DNA of 32,000 nt. It comes from Candidatus Bipolaricaulota bacterium (GTDB lineage: Bacteria > Bipolaricaulota > Bipolaricaulia > Bipolaricaulales > Bipolaricaulaceae). Under the pieces are notes generated by a model, which saw only the letters and a program-made list of their open reading frames with translations, made no database searches and was not told the DNA's origin. This document shows positions 24,651 to 32,000 of this stretch, in pieces (the stretch's first letter is position 1; every line of letters begins with the position of its first letter). Position numbers and translations under genes: made by a program. Where the stretch lies: positions 459,628-491,627 of the forward strand of contig JANXBT010000001.1 in the NCBI GenBank assembly GCA_025060415.1, written 5' to 3'.

Positions 24651-26702
24651 ATGGGCACGGCCGAGCTGGATCGGCTTTGCGTGAACGCCCTGCGGTTTTT
24701 GGCGGTGGACATGATCGAGCGGGCCAAATCGGGGCATCCCGGGCTGCCCCTGGGCGCGGCGCCCATGGCCTACGTGCTGTGGAGCCGGCACCTCCGCCAC
24801 AGCCCCCAGGACCCCGACTGGCCCGACCGCGACCGCTTCGTCCTCTCCGCCGGCCACGGCTCCGCCCTCCTCTACGCCCTCCTGCACCTTTTCGGCTACC
24901 TCCCCTTGGAGGAGCTTCAAAACTTCCGGCAGTGGGGGAGCCGGACGCCGGGGCATCCGGAGGCCGGGCTCACGCCGGGGGTGGAGGTGACCACGGGTCC
25001 CCTGGGCCAGGGCTTCGCCAACGCCGTGGGCATGGCCATGGCCGAGGCGCACCTCGCCGCCCTCTTCAACCGCCCGGGATTCCCCATCGTGGACCACCGC
25101 ACCTACGTCCTCGCCTCGGACGGCGACCTCATGGAGGGCGTGGTGGCGGAGGCCGCCTCCCTCGCCGGCCACCTCAAGCTCGGCAAGCTCATCGTCCTTT
25201 ACGACCAAAACTTCGTGTCCCTGGCGGGCTCCACCGCCCTGGCCTTCACGGAGGACGTGCGCCGGCGCTTTGAGGCCTGCGGTTGGCAGGTCCTCGAGGT
25301 CCCCGACGGGAACGACCTTGAGGCCATCGACGCCGCCCTTCAGGAGGCCAAGGCCGAGCGGGAAAGGCCCTCCCTCATTTGCGTGCGCACGGTGATCGGG
25401 TACGGGGCGCCCACCAAAGCCGGCACGTTCCACGCGCATGGGGCGCCCCTGGGGCCGGAGGAAGCGCGGGCCGCCAAGCGCAACCTGGGCTGGCCGGAGG
25501 AGCCGCCCTTCTACGTCCCCGAGGAAGTGCGGGCGCACTTCGCGGAGCTCCGCGCCCGGGCGGAGGCGGGCGCGGCCGCCTGGCACAGGCTCTTTTCCGA
25601 GTACGAAAAGGCTTATCCGGAGCTGGCGCGGGAGTTCCGCCGGCGGATGCGAGGCGAGCTCCCGGCCGGGTGGGAGGAGGGCCTGCCCGTGTTCGCGCCG
25701 GGGACGAAGGTCTCCACGCGCAAGGCCTCGGAGGCCGTGCTTCAGGCCCTGGGGGAGCGGATCCCGGAGCTCGTGGGCGGCTCGGCGGACCTGAACCCCT
25801 CCTGTTTCACTTGGCTCAAGGGGAAGGGCGATTTCCAGGCCCCGCCGGATCCGGGCCCGGTGCAGGGCGCGGTGGGCGGCGGCTGGGGTTATTTCGGTCG
25901 GAACCTCCACTTCGGCGTACGGGAGCACGCCATGGGCGCCATCGCCCTGGGGATGGCCCGCCACGGCGGGGTGCTCCCCTTCTGCGGCACCTTCCTGGTT
26001 TTTTCCGACTACATGCGGCCGCCCATCCGCCTGGCGGCCATGAGCCACACCCGCGTGGTGTTCGTGTTCACCCACGACTCCGTGGCCGTGGGCGAGGACG
26101 GCCCCACCCACCAGCCCGTGGAGCAGCTCATGAACCTCCGCTGCGTGCCGAACCTCGTGGTGATCCGGCCCGCGGACGCCAACGAGGTGCGGGAGGCGTG
26201 GGTGGCGGCCCTGCGGCGCCGCGAGGGCCCCACGGCCCTCGTCCTCACCCGCCAGGACGTGCCCGTGCTGGACAGGACGGGCCTGGCCGGGCCGGAGAAC
26301 CTCCACCGCGGCGGGTACGTCCTCTGGCAGGCCCGGGAGGGGGAACCCGACGTGATCCTCATCGGAACGGGCTCGGAGGTGGCCCTCGCCCTGGAGGCGG
26401 GGAGGAAACTGGCCGAAGAGGGGGTGAACGCCCGCGTGGTGGCCCTGCCCAGCTTCGAGCTCTTCCTGGCTCAGCCGGAGGAGTATCGGGAGGCGGTGCT
26501 GCCCAAGGGGGTGCGGGCGCGGGTGGCCGTGGAGGCGGGCTGCCCCTTGGGCTGGGAGCGGTTCGTGGGCCTGGACGGAGCGGTGGTGGGCCTTTCCCGT
26601 TTCGGCGCCAGCGCCCCCGGCCCTGTGGCTCTGGAAAAGCTGGGGATCACGGTGGAAGCCGTGGTGCGCGCCGCGCGGCGCGTTCTGGCCGCGGCGCCCT
26701 AG
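24651..26702 (+). CDS. tkt: Transketolase
   Basis: [100 protein letters not shown]. Confidence 0.96.
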   Translation: MGTAELDRLCVNALRFLAVDMIERAKSGHPGLPLGAAPMAYVLWSRHLRHSPQDPDWPDRDRFVLSAGHGSALLYALLHLFGYLPLEELQNFRQWGSRTPGHPEAGLTPGVEVTTGPLGQGFANAVGMAMAEAHLAALFNRPGFPIVDHRTYVLASDGDLMEGVVAEAASLAGHLKLGKLIVLYDQNFVSLAGSTALAFTEDVRRRFEACGWQVLEVPDGNDLEAIDAALQEAKAERERPSLICVRTVIGYGAPTKAGTFHAHGAPLGPEEARAAKRNLGWPEEPPFYVPEEVRAHFAELRARAEAGAAAWHRLFSEYEKAYPELAREFRRRMRGELPAGWEEGLPVFAPGTKVSTRKASEAVLQALGERIPELVGGSADLNPSCFTWLKGKGDFQAPPDPGPVQGAVGGGWGYFGRNLHFGVREHAMGAIALGMARHGGVLPFCGTFLVFSDYMRPPIRLAAMSHTRVVFVFTHDSVAVGEDGPTHQPVEQLMNLRCVPNLVVIRPADANEVREAWVAALRRREGPTALVLTRQDVPVLDRTGLAGPENLHRGGYVLWQAREGEPDVILIGTGSEVALALEAGRKLAEEGVNARVVALPSFELFLAQPEEYREAVLPKGVRARVAVEAGCPLGWERFVGLDGAVVGLSRFGASAPGPVALEKLGITVEAVVRAARRVLAAAP

Positions 26703-26713
26703 AATCGCCCGCC

Positions 26714-27145
26714 ATGCGGAAATGGGGAGCTTTCGCGGCCTTTTTGGGGCTCCTGGCGGCGCTCCTTGGCGGATGCCGCCCGCAGTTCCCCGGCCCCCTG
26801 CCCGCCCGGGATCCGCCCTTCCGCATCGAGCTTTTGGCGGAGCGGGTCCAGGGCCGACGGGGCGAGGTGGCGGGGTTGCCCCTGCGCGTCGTCCCCTTGG
26901 TCCAACCTGGCCCGGACGTCCCCATCGGCTTTTGGTTCACCCTCGCGGACGGCTCCGACGCCTCCTTCCTTCTTGCCAACGCTGGGCTTTCGTTTGGGTC
27001 CTATTCCGGAACCCAGCCCACGGAATACGCGCATCCCTTGGCCATATCCGCGCAAGCGCCCGCGGGCACCTGGCGCCTTCTCCTCCACGCCAAAAACGAC
27101 TCCAGCTACCAACGCCTGCCCTTCACGTTGCTCGTGGCCCCTTAG
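26714..27145 (+). CDS. Small hypothetical lipoprotein
   Basis: MRKWGAFAAFLGLLAALLGGC lipobox-like signal; ORF downstream of tkt. Confidence 0.65.
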   Translation: MRKWGAFAAFLGLLAALLGGCRPQFPGPLPARDPPFRIELLAERVQGRRGEVAGLPLRVVPLVQPGPDVPIGFWFTLADGSDASFLLANAGLSFGSYSGTQPTEYAHPLAISAQAPAGTWRLLLHAKNDSSYQRLPFTLLVAP

Positions 27146-27176
27146 AGGGGCGAGGGGCCTTGGGGAGAGGGGCCCT

Positions 27177-27948
27177 ATGAGGGCAAACCTTTTAGGCAGT
27201 GTGGTGGAGCGCCTCTATAGGGCCTGGGAAAGCTTCGATTCCGTAAAAATCGAGTTTTTCTGGACCGTGGAGAGGCCCGAGCTCCCTAAAGGGACGCCCT
27301 TGCACCTAAGGGTTCCTTTTTGGAGGCGTTTTCTGCACCGCGGGCTAGGGGCGGCTCCGGGCCCCGGGCCGGAGACGAAATGCACGTGGTGGGAGCGGAT
27401 TTACGCCGCGCGGCCCACGCGCTGGCGGCAGGAGACCCCCAACGCCGTTTTCGTTATCCACGGGACTTCCTGGTGGAGCCTTTCCTCCGACAGGAAGCTC
27501 CGCACCAACGCGCTTCCTCCTGGCTTTTCCGGGCCGGTGCGCCGAATCCCCGTAGGTCTCGGGAATCCTCACACGTGGGCTAAAGCCGTGACGGATCACC
27601 CGTGCCTGGACCCCTCGTTCCTCCTTTGTTTCTTTTCCTTGACGCCCGAGGAGGAAACCCTTTGGGCGGGGCGCGCGGCCCTGCGGGTCCGGGCGCGCCC
27701 CAAGGGCGGGCGGCCTCCCTTCCCCTCCCGGTTCTTCGATGCTGACGAGGTCGTGCTTTGGATGGGCCAAGAGCGGGGGGGTGGTCTTGCGCTACGAGCT
27801 GTGGGCCCAAGGCCGGCTTTTCCAAGTAATCGAGGCCCGGGCGGTGGAGTTCGACCTCCCCCTCCCTGAGGAGCTTTTCGCCTTCCCACCCGATGTGAAA
27901 GGCCCGGTGCTCCTTCTGGGCGAGCCCGCAGAGGGAAAGGACCGGTAA
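27177..27948 (+). CDS. Hypothetical protein split by a probable +1 frameshift at a G7 tract (27775..27781)
   Basis: Frame A: MRANLLGSVVERLYRAWESFDSVKIEFFWTVERPEL...FFDADEVVLWMGQERGG; frame B continues VVLRYELWAQGRLFQVIEARAVEFDLPLPEELFAFPPDVKGPVLLLGEPAEGKDR to the stop at 27948. Confidence 0.55.
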
Positions 27949-27960
27949 AGCGGGGGGCCC

Positions 27961-28734
27961 TCAGGGGCCGAAGGCCTGGCGGAGGCCCTCCTCGTAGGCG
28001 CGCACGAACTCCGCCACGAAGGCGTCCGCGGGATGGTCGCGGATCTCCTTGGGCGTGCCCACCTGCACGAACCTCCCCTCCCGCATCACCGCCACCCGGT
28101 CGCCCAAGAGGAAGGCCTCGGCGAGGTCGTGGGTCACGTAGACCGTGGTGGCCCCGAGCTCCGCGTGGAGGCGGCGGAGCTCCGCGCGGGCCTGGGCCCG
28201 GCTGGGCGGATCCAGATGAGCCAAGGGCTCATCGAGGAGGAAGACCTTGGGGGTGAGGACGGTGGCCCGGCCCAGGGCCACCCGCTGCTTTTGCCCCTCG
28301 GAGAGCTCGTGGGGCCGGCGGGCAAACCACGAGGCGGGGATGCCCAGCCGCCGCACCACCCGCTCCACCCGCGCCTGGATCCCCTCTGGCCGCTCCCGCC
28401 GAAGCTTGAGGGGGAACGAGAGGTTGGACCACCGCCGGGGATGGTAAACCTCCAGGTGCGGGTAGAGCGCGTAGTCCTGGCCCTGGAAGACCATGCGCAC
28501 CCCGCGTGCCTGGGGCGGAACGTCGTTCATGAGGACGCCGTCGAAGTAGATCTGGCCCTGATCGGGTCGGATCAACCCCGCCAAAAGCCGGAGGAGCGTG
28601 GTCTTGCCGCAGGCGGTGGGCCCCACCACCACGAAGAACTCCCGGTCGCGGATGCGGGCGGTGAGGTTGTCCACGGCTATGACCGAGCCAAACCTTTTTG
28701 TGACCCCTTGGAGGACGATCTCCGGCATCCTCAC
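27961..28734 (-). CDS. ABC transporter ATP-binding protein (MalK/UgpC-like, no C-terminal TOBE region)
   Basis: Walker A GPTACGKTT, signature LSEGQKQRVALGRA, Walker B VFLLDEPLAHLD, H-loop YVTHDLAEA. Confidence 0.9.
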   Translation of the reverse strand: MRMPEIVLQGVTKRFGSVIAVDNLTARIRDREFFVVVGPTACGKTTLLRLLAGLIRPDQGQIYFDGVLMNDVPPQARGVRMVFQGQDYALYPHLEVYHPRRWSNLSFPLKLRRERPEGIQARVERVVRRLGIPASWFARRPHELSEGQKQRVALGRATVLTPKVFLLDEPLAHLDPPSRAQARAELRRLHAELGATTVYVTHDLAEAFLLGDRVAVMREGRFVQVGTPKEIRDHPADAFVAEFVRAYEEGLRQAFGP

Positions 28735-29120
28735 CTCCGCCAGAAGAGGAAGCGGCGTTTGGGACGGGGCGGAGGGGTTTGGATCTCCCCGGCCTCGCGG
28801 GCCGCGCGCACCGCCTCCTCCCAGGTGCCGCGGGCGCGGGCCTTGCTCTCCCAGAGGGCGGCGAAGCGCTGCAGGGCTTCTTCGGCGTCCCGTTTGGTCA
28901 CGCCCCGGCCGCCCCGGGCCAGCGAGCGCAGCACCTCGTCCAACGCGGTCGTGTCCGGACGGATGTGCACCTCCTCCCCCTCTTGCACCAACACGTACCG
29001 CGTGGCCTCGGCCAGGAGCCCGAACACGGAGGAATCCACCCGCCCCAGGGGCAGCACCTCCGTCACGAACTCCCGATCCGCCTCGAAGAACTCCCGCCGC
29101 AGGACCTCACGCCAGCCCAT
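28731..29120 (-). CDS. Hypothetical protein overlapping AOR and ABC ATPase genes
   Basis: 129-aa ORF translationally overlapping both neighbours (4 nt with ABC, 14 nt with AOR). Confidence 0.6.
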   Translation of the reverse strand: MGWREVLRREFFEADREFVTEVLPLGRVDSSVFGLLAEATRYVLVQEGEEVHIRPDTTALDEVLRSLARGGRGVTKRDAEEALQRFAALWESKARARGTWEEAVRAAREAGEIQTPPPRPKRRFLFWRR

Positions 29121-30876
29121 CCTCGCCCTCCAAAAGACGCCGCAGTTCCGCCAGGGCCTCGCGGAGGAAGCCCTCCTCCACCGGACCGGCCGGGGTGGGC
29201 GCCTCCAAGGCCCGCTTGGGGATGGGTAGCTCCTCGAGCCGGAAGCCCTCCCGCGTTTTGAACGCGTATTTGCGGCGGAGGATCCGGACGCCCAGGGCCT
29301 CCAGCTCCTCCGGGCTGCGGGGGACGCCTAAGGTCCCCAGGGCCGCGCTGCAGGTGGGAAGGTCATAGATCCCGCGGGCGAAAAAGCACACCACGAGGGA
29401 GGAGAGGACCTGGCGCCGGGCCTCCTCCTGAAACAGGCGCTGGGCCAGTTCCGCCGGGGTGAGTTTCTCCCCGCGCGCCAGGGCCTCCTGGTCCAGGGCG
29501 TAGCCCGCGGAATCGAGGTGGGAGTGGCGCGATCCGGAAAGGTAGGTGAGGAGGGCGCCGGGGCCCGTGTGGTAGCCGGGCATCTCGTTGCCGCCGAAGT
29601 GAAGGGCGAACTCCTCCCCGCCGTAGCGTTCGGCCGCGGCCCGCACCCCCCGCCCCAAAACCGCGTAGAACTCGCCCTCCCGCTGGGCGATGCGCCGGAT
29701 CATCTCCAAGTACACCTCCGCCCGGCCCCACTCCGGCTTGAGCCCGCCCGTTTCCCGCTCGGTGACGAGCCCGCGCAGGAAGGCCTCCGTGGCCCAGGCC
29801 AGTACCACCCCCGTGGTGATGGCGTCCATCCCAAAAACCTCCACCGCGTCGATGAGCTTGAGCACATCCTCCGCCCGTTCCATCCCCAGCAGGCTCCCCA
29901 GGGCGTAGAGGGGCTCGTGGTCGTAGGACACGAACGTGGTCTTGTAGAAGTAGGGCTCCTGAGGGTGGGGTTCGCGCAGGATCGCAAGGTGGATGCAGGC
30001 TACAGGGCAGGCGGAGCAGGCCAGCCTCCGCCCGAGGAACTCCTCGGCCAGCCTCTCCCCGGTGAACCGGGGCTCCGCCGGGTAGCGGGTCGCCAGGAGG
30101 TTGCGCACGGGGAGCGCCCCGAGCTGGTGGAGGGGCCGGATGTTTTGGGCCGTGCCCAGGTCGTGGTACTTGCGCATGAGCTCCGAGCGCGTGGCCCTCT
30201 CCCAGAGCTCGCGGTAGAGCTTTTGGTAGCGGGGCGGGTCGGGGATGGGCACGGTGCCCATCCCGGAGATGACCAGGGCCTTCAGGTTTTTGCTGCCGAA
30301 CACGGCGCCCAGGCCCAGGCGGCCGAAGTGCCGGTAAGTTTCGGCCACCACCGTGGCGTAGGTGACCAAGCGCTCGCCGGCGCGGCCGATGCGGAGGATG
30401 GTGCGGGCACCCGCGCCGGGCTCGATCTCCCGCAGCACCCGGCCCACGGTGAGGGAGGAGGAGAGGCCCCAGAGGGCGCGGGCGTCCCGGAAGTTCACCC
30501 GGCCCCGATGGATGGAGAGGTACACGGGGACCTCGCTGCGCCCCTGGATCACCAGGGCGCCAAATCCCGCCAGGCGCAGGGCCAGGGCCACCCGCCCCCC
30601 GCAATGGGACTCCCCCAGGTTCCCGGTGTGGGGCGATTTGAACATGGCCACCGCCTTCGAGGCCAGGGGGAAAAGGGGGTTCAGGGGCCCCACGGCCAAC
30701 ACGATGGGGTTCTCCGGCCCCAAGGGGTCCGCGTCCTTGGGGCAGAGCTCATGCAAAAGCTCGATGGCCACGCCCGCGCCGCCTAGGCCCTTCTCGAAGA
30801 GGTCCGGCCGCTCCTCCACCCAAGAGCGCTTCCTGGTGAGGTCCACGCGCAGAACGCGGGCCAGGAGCCTATCCAC
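29107..30876 (-). CDS. Aldehyde:ferredoxin oxidoreductase family (tungsten/molybdenum enzyme)
   Basis: ARVLRVDLTRK..., FKSPHTGNLGESHCGG, GRLGLGAVFGSKNLKALVISG, CSACPVACIH, YDHEPLYALGSLLG. Confidence 0.93.
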   Translation of the reverse strand: MDRLLARVLRVDLTRKRSWVEERPDLFEKGLGGAGVAIELLHELCPKDADPLGPENPIVLAVGPLNPLFPLASKAVAMFKSPHTGNLGESHCGGRVALALRLAGFGALVIQGRSEVPVYLSIHRGRVNFRDARALWGLSSSLTVGRVLREIEPGAGARTILRIGRAGERLVTYATVVAETYRHFGRLGLGAVFGSKNLKALVISGMGTVPIPDPPRYQKLYRELWERATRSELMRKYHDLGTAQNIRPLHQLGALPVRNLLATRYPAEPRFTGERLAEEFLGRRLACSACPVACIHLAILREPHPQEPYFYKTTFVSYDHEPLYALGSLLGMERAEDVLKLIDAVEVFGMDAITTGVVLAWATEAFLRGLVTERETGGLKPEWGRAEVYLEMIRRIAQREGEFYAVLGRGVRAAAERYGGEEFALHFGGNEMPGYHTGPGALLTYLSGSRHSHLDSAGYALDQEALARGEKLTPAELAQRLFQEEARRQVLSSLVVCFFARGIYDLPTCSAALGTLGVPRSPEELEALGVRILRRKYAFKTREGFRLEELPIPKRALEAPTPAGPVEEGFLREALAELRRLLEGEDGLA

Positions 30877-31276
30877 CGCCCACCTCCTCCAAGGCGATCA
30901 CGCCATGGGGACAGAAAGAGGCGCAGAGCCCGCAATGGACGCAGATCACCGGTTTATTGTTCTCCTCGTCCCAGTGAACGGCCCCAAAAGGGCAGGAGAG
31001 GACGCAGGTGCGACAGCCAATACAGCGGTCCGGGAGGACGCGCACGCCCACCGTGGCCTTGGTGATGGCGCCGACAGGGCAGGAGGCGGCGCAGGGCGGG
31101 TCCGGGCAGGCCCGACACACGATGACCACGAACCCGTTCTCCACCCCGCCCACGGAGCGCACGGCGATGGCCGAGCGCGCCAGCCCCCCTTCCCCAAACC
31201 GGCGCGAACAGGCCAGGGCACAAAGGAGGCAGTCCACGCACCGGCCGGAGTCCACTACGGCCAAACGCTTAGGCAC
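30869..31276 (-). CDS. 4Fe-4S ferredoxin-type electron transfer subunit (four Cys clusters)
   Basis: CVDCLLCALACS, CRACPDPPCAASCP, CIGCRTCVLSCP, CVHCGLCASFCP; overlaps AOR start. Confidence 0.92.
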   Translation of the reverse strand: MPKRLAVVDSGRCVDCLLCALACSRRFGEGGLARSAIAVRSVGGVENGFVVIVCRACPDPPCAASCPVGAITKATVGVRVLPDRCIGCRTCVLSCPFGAVHWDEENNKPVICVHCGLCASFCPHGVIALEEVGGG

Positions 31277-32000
31277 GGAAACCCTCCTGGACCGCCGCGG
31301 TTTTCACCCGCGCGGCCACGGTCCGGCCGAGCTCCCGCCCCTGGCGGAGCTCCTCCGGGGTGGGCGCGCCCCCGAACTCCACGGTGCCCACTAGCTCCCA
31401 GCCCAGCGCGCGCACCTTCTCCGCAAGCTTAGCCGTGGCCCCGCCCCGCCAGCCGTAGGAGCCGAAAATCCCCACCACCCGGTTCCGCAGCCGTTTCCGC
31501 TCGAGGAGCCGGAGGAGGTGCTCCACCGGCGGGAAGACGTCGGTGTCGTAGGTGGGGCTGCCCAAAAGGAGGCCTTGGAAGCGCCAGGCTTCCTGAATGA
31601 GGAAGCTCACGTGGGTGCGGCTGGCGTCGAGGACGCGCACGGGAAGGCCGGCCTCCCGCACGCCCTGGGCCACGGCCTCCGCCATCTTGCGCGTCTCCCC
31701 GTACATGGAACCGAAAACCAGGGCCACGCCGGGCTCGCCCTCGTGCCGCGCCCAGCGGGCGTAGAGCTCCACGATCCTCTGCGGCTCCCTCCGCCAGACG
31801 AGCCCATGAGAGGGGGCGATCACCTCGATCGGGAGCCCCTTGAGCTTCTCGATGGCCCGCAGCACCGCCTGGCTCTGCATGCCCACGATGTTGGAAAAGT
31901 AGCGCAGGACCTCGTCCTCGTAGAGGGCGAAGTCCACCTCGTCGGCGAAGAGCGCGCCCTCCAGGGCCCGGAAGCCCCCAAAGGCGTCGCAGGGGAAGAG
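31269..32000 (-). CDS. A-type flavoprotein (FprA/FDP-like), 5' end beyond window
   Basis: LFPCDAFGGFRALEGALFADEVDF... (open to window edge), APSHGLVWR, flavodoxin part VALVFGSMYGETRKMAEAVAQG, LLLGSPTYDTDVFPPVEHLL, GIFGSYGWRGGA. Confidence 0.9.
   Translation of the reverse strand, partial: LFPCDAFGGFRALEGALFADEVDFALYEDEVLRYFSNIVGMQSQAVLRAIEKLKGLPIEVIAPSHGLVWRREPQRIVELYARWARHEGEPGVALVFGSMYGETRKMAEAVAQGVREAGLPVRVLDASRTHVSFLIQEAWRFQGLLLGSPTYDTDVFPPVEHLLRLLERKRLRNRVVGIFGSYGWRGGATAKLAEKVRALGWELVGTVEFGGAPTPEELRQGRELGRTVAARVKTAAVQEGFRA

Overview
High-GC, gene-dense bacterial chromosomal window, probably from a thermophile (inference from GC, gene content and short intergenic gaps). Most of it is core housekeeping. 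From left to right: accB(partial)-accC-ffh-rpsP-khpA-like-trmD on +; a Mut7-C protein, tandem-ACT protein, ruvX, ruvA and a conserved hypothetical on -; an acyl/acetyl-CoA synthetase, thyX (frameshifted), dcd, cdd and a secreted GH31 glycosidase on +; a 23S-5S rRNA pair on - with no 16S beside it; rsfS and a degenerate LytR/LCP-like protein on -; AMMECR1, mtaB, phoH and ligA on +; a primary-type sigma factor on -; a cold-shock protein on +; purB on -; transketolase, a lipoprotein and a frameshifted hypothetical on +; an ABC ATPase, small hypothetical, aldehyde:ferredoxin oxidoreductase, 4-cluster ferredoxin and FprA-type flavoprotein (partial) on -. I found no CRISPR array, transposon, prophage or convincing defence island, and I cannot support a clear new multi-gene system. 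The most interesting signals are regulatory and architectural: tandem rRNA promoters whose upstream -10 contains the rsfS stop codon, unlinked 23S-5S, a long 23S processing stem, several compact divergent promoters predicting near-leaderless mRNAs, two genes broken by single-base frameshifts at G runs, and degenerate catalytic or nucleic-acid-binding motifs in Ffh, KhpA-like and LCP-like proteins.
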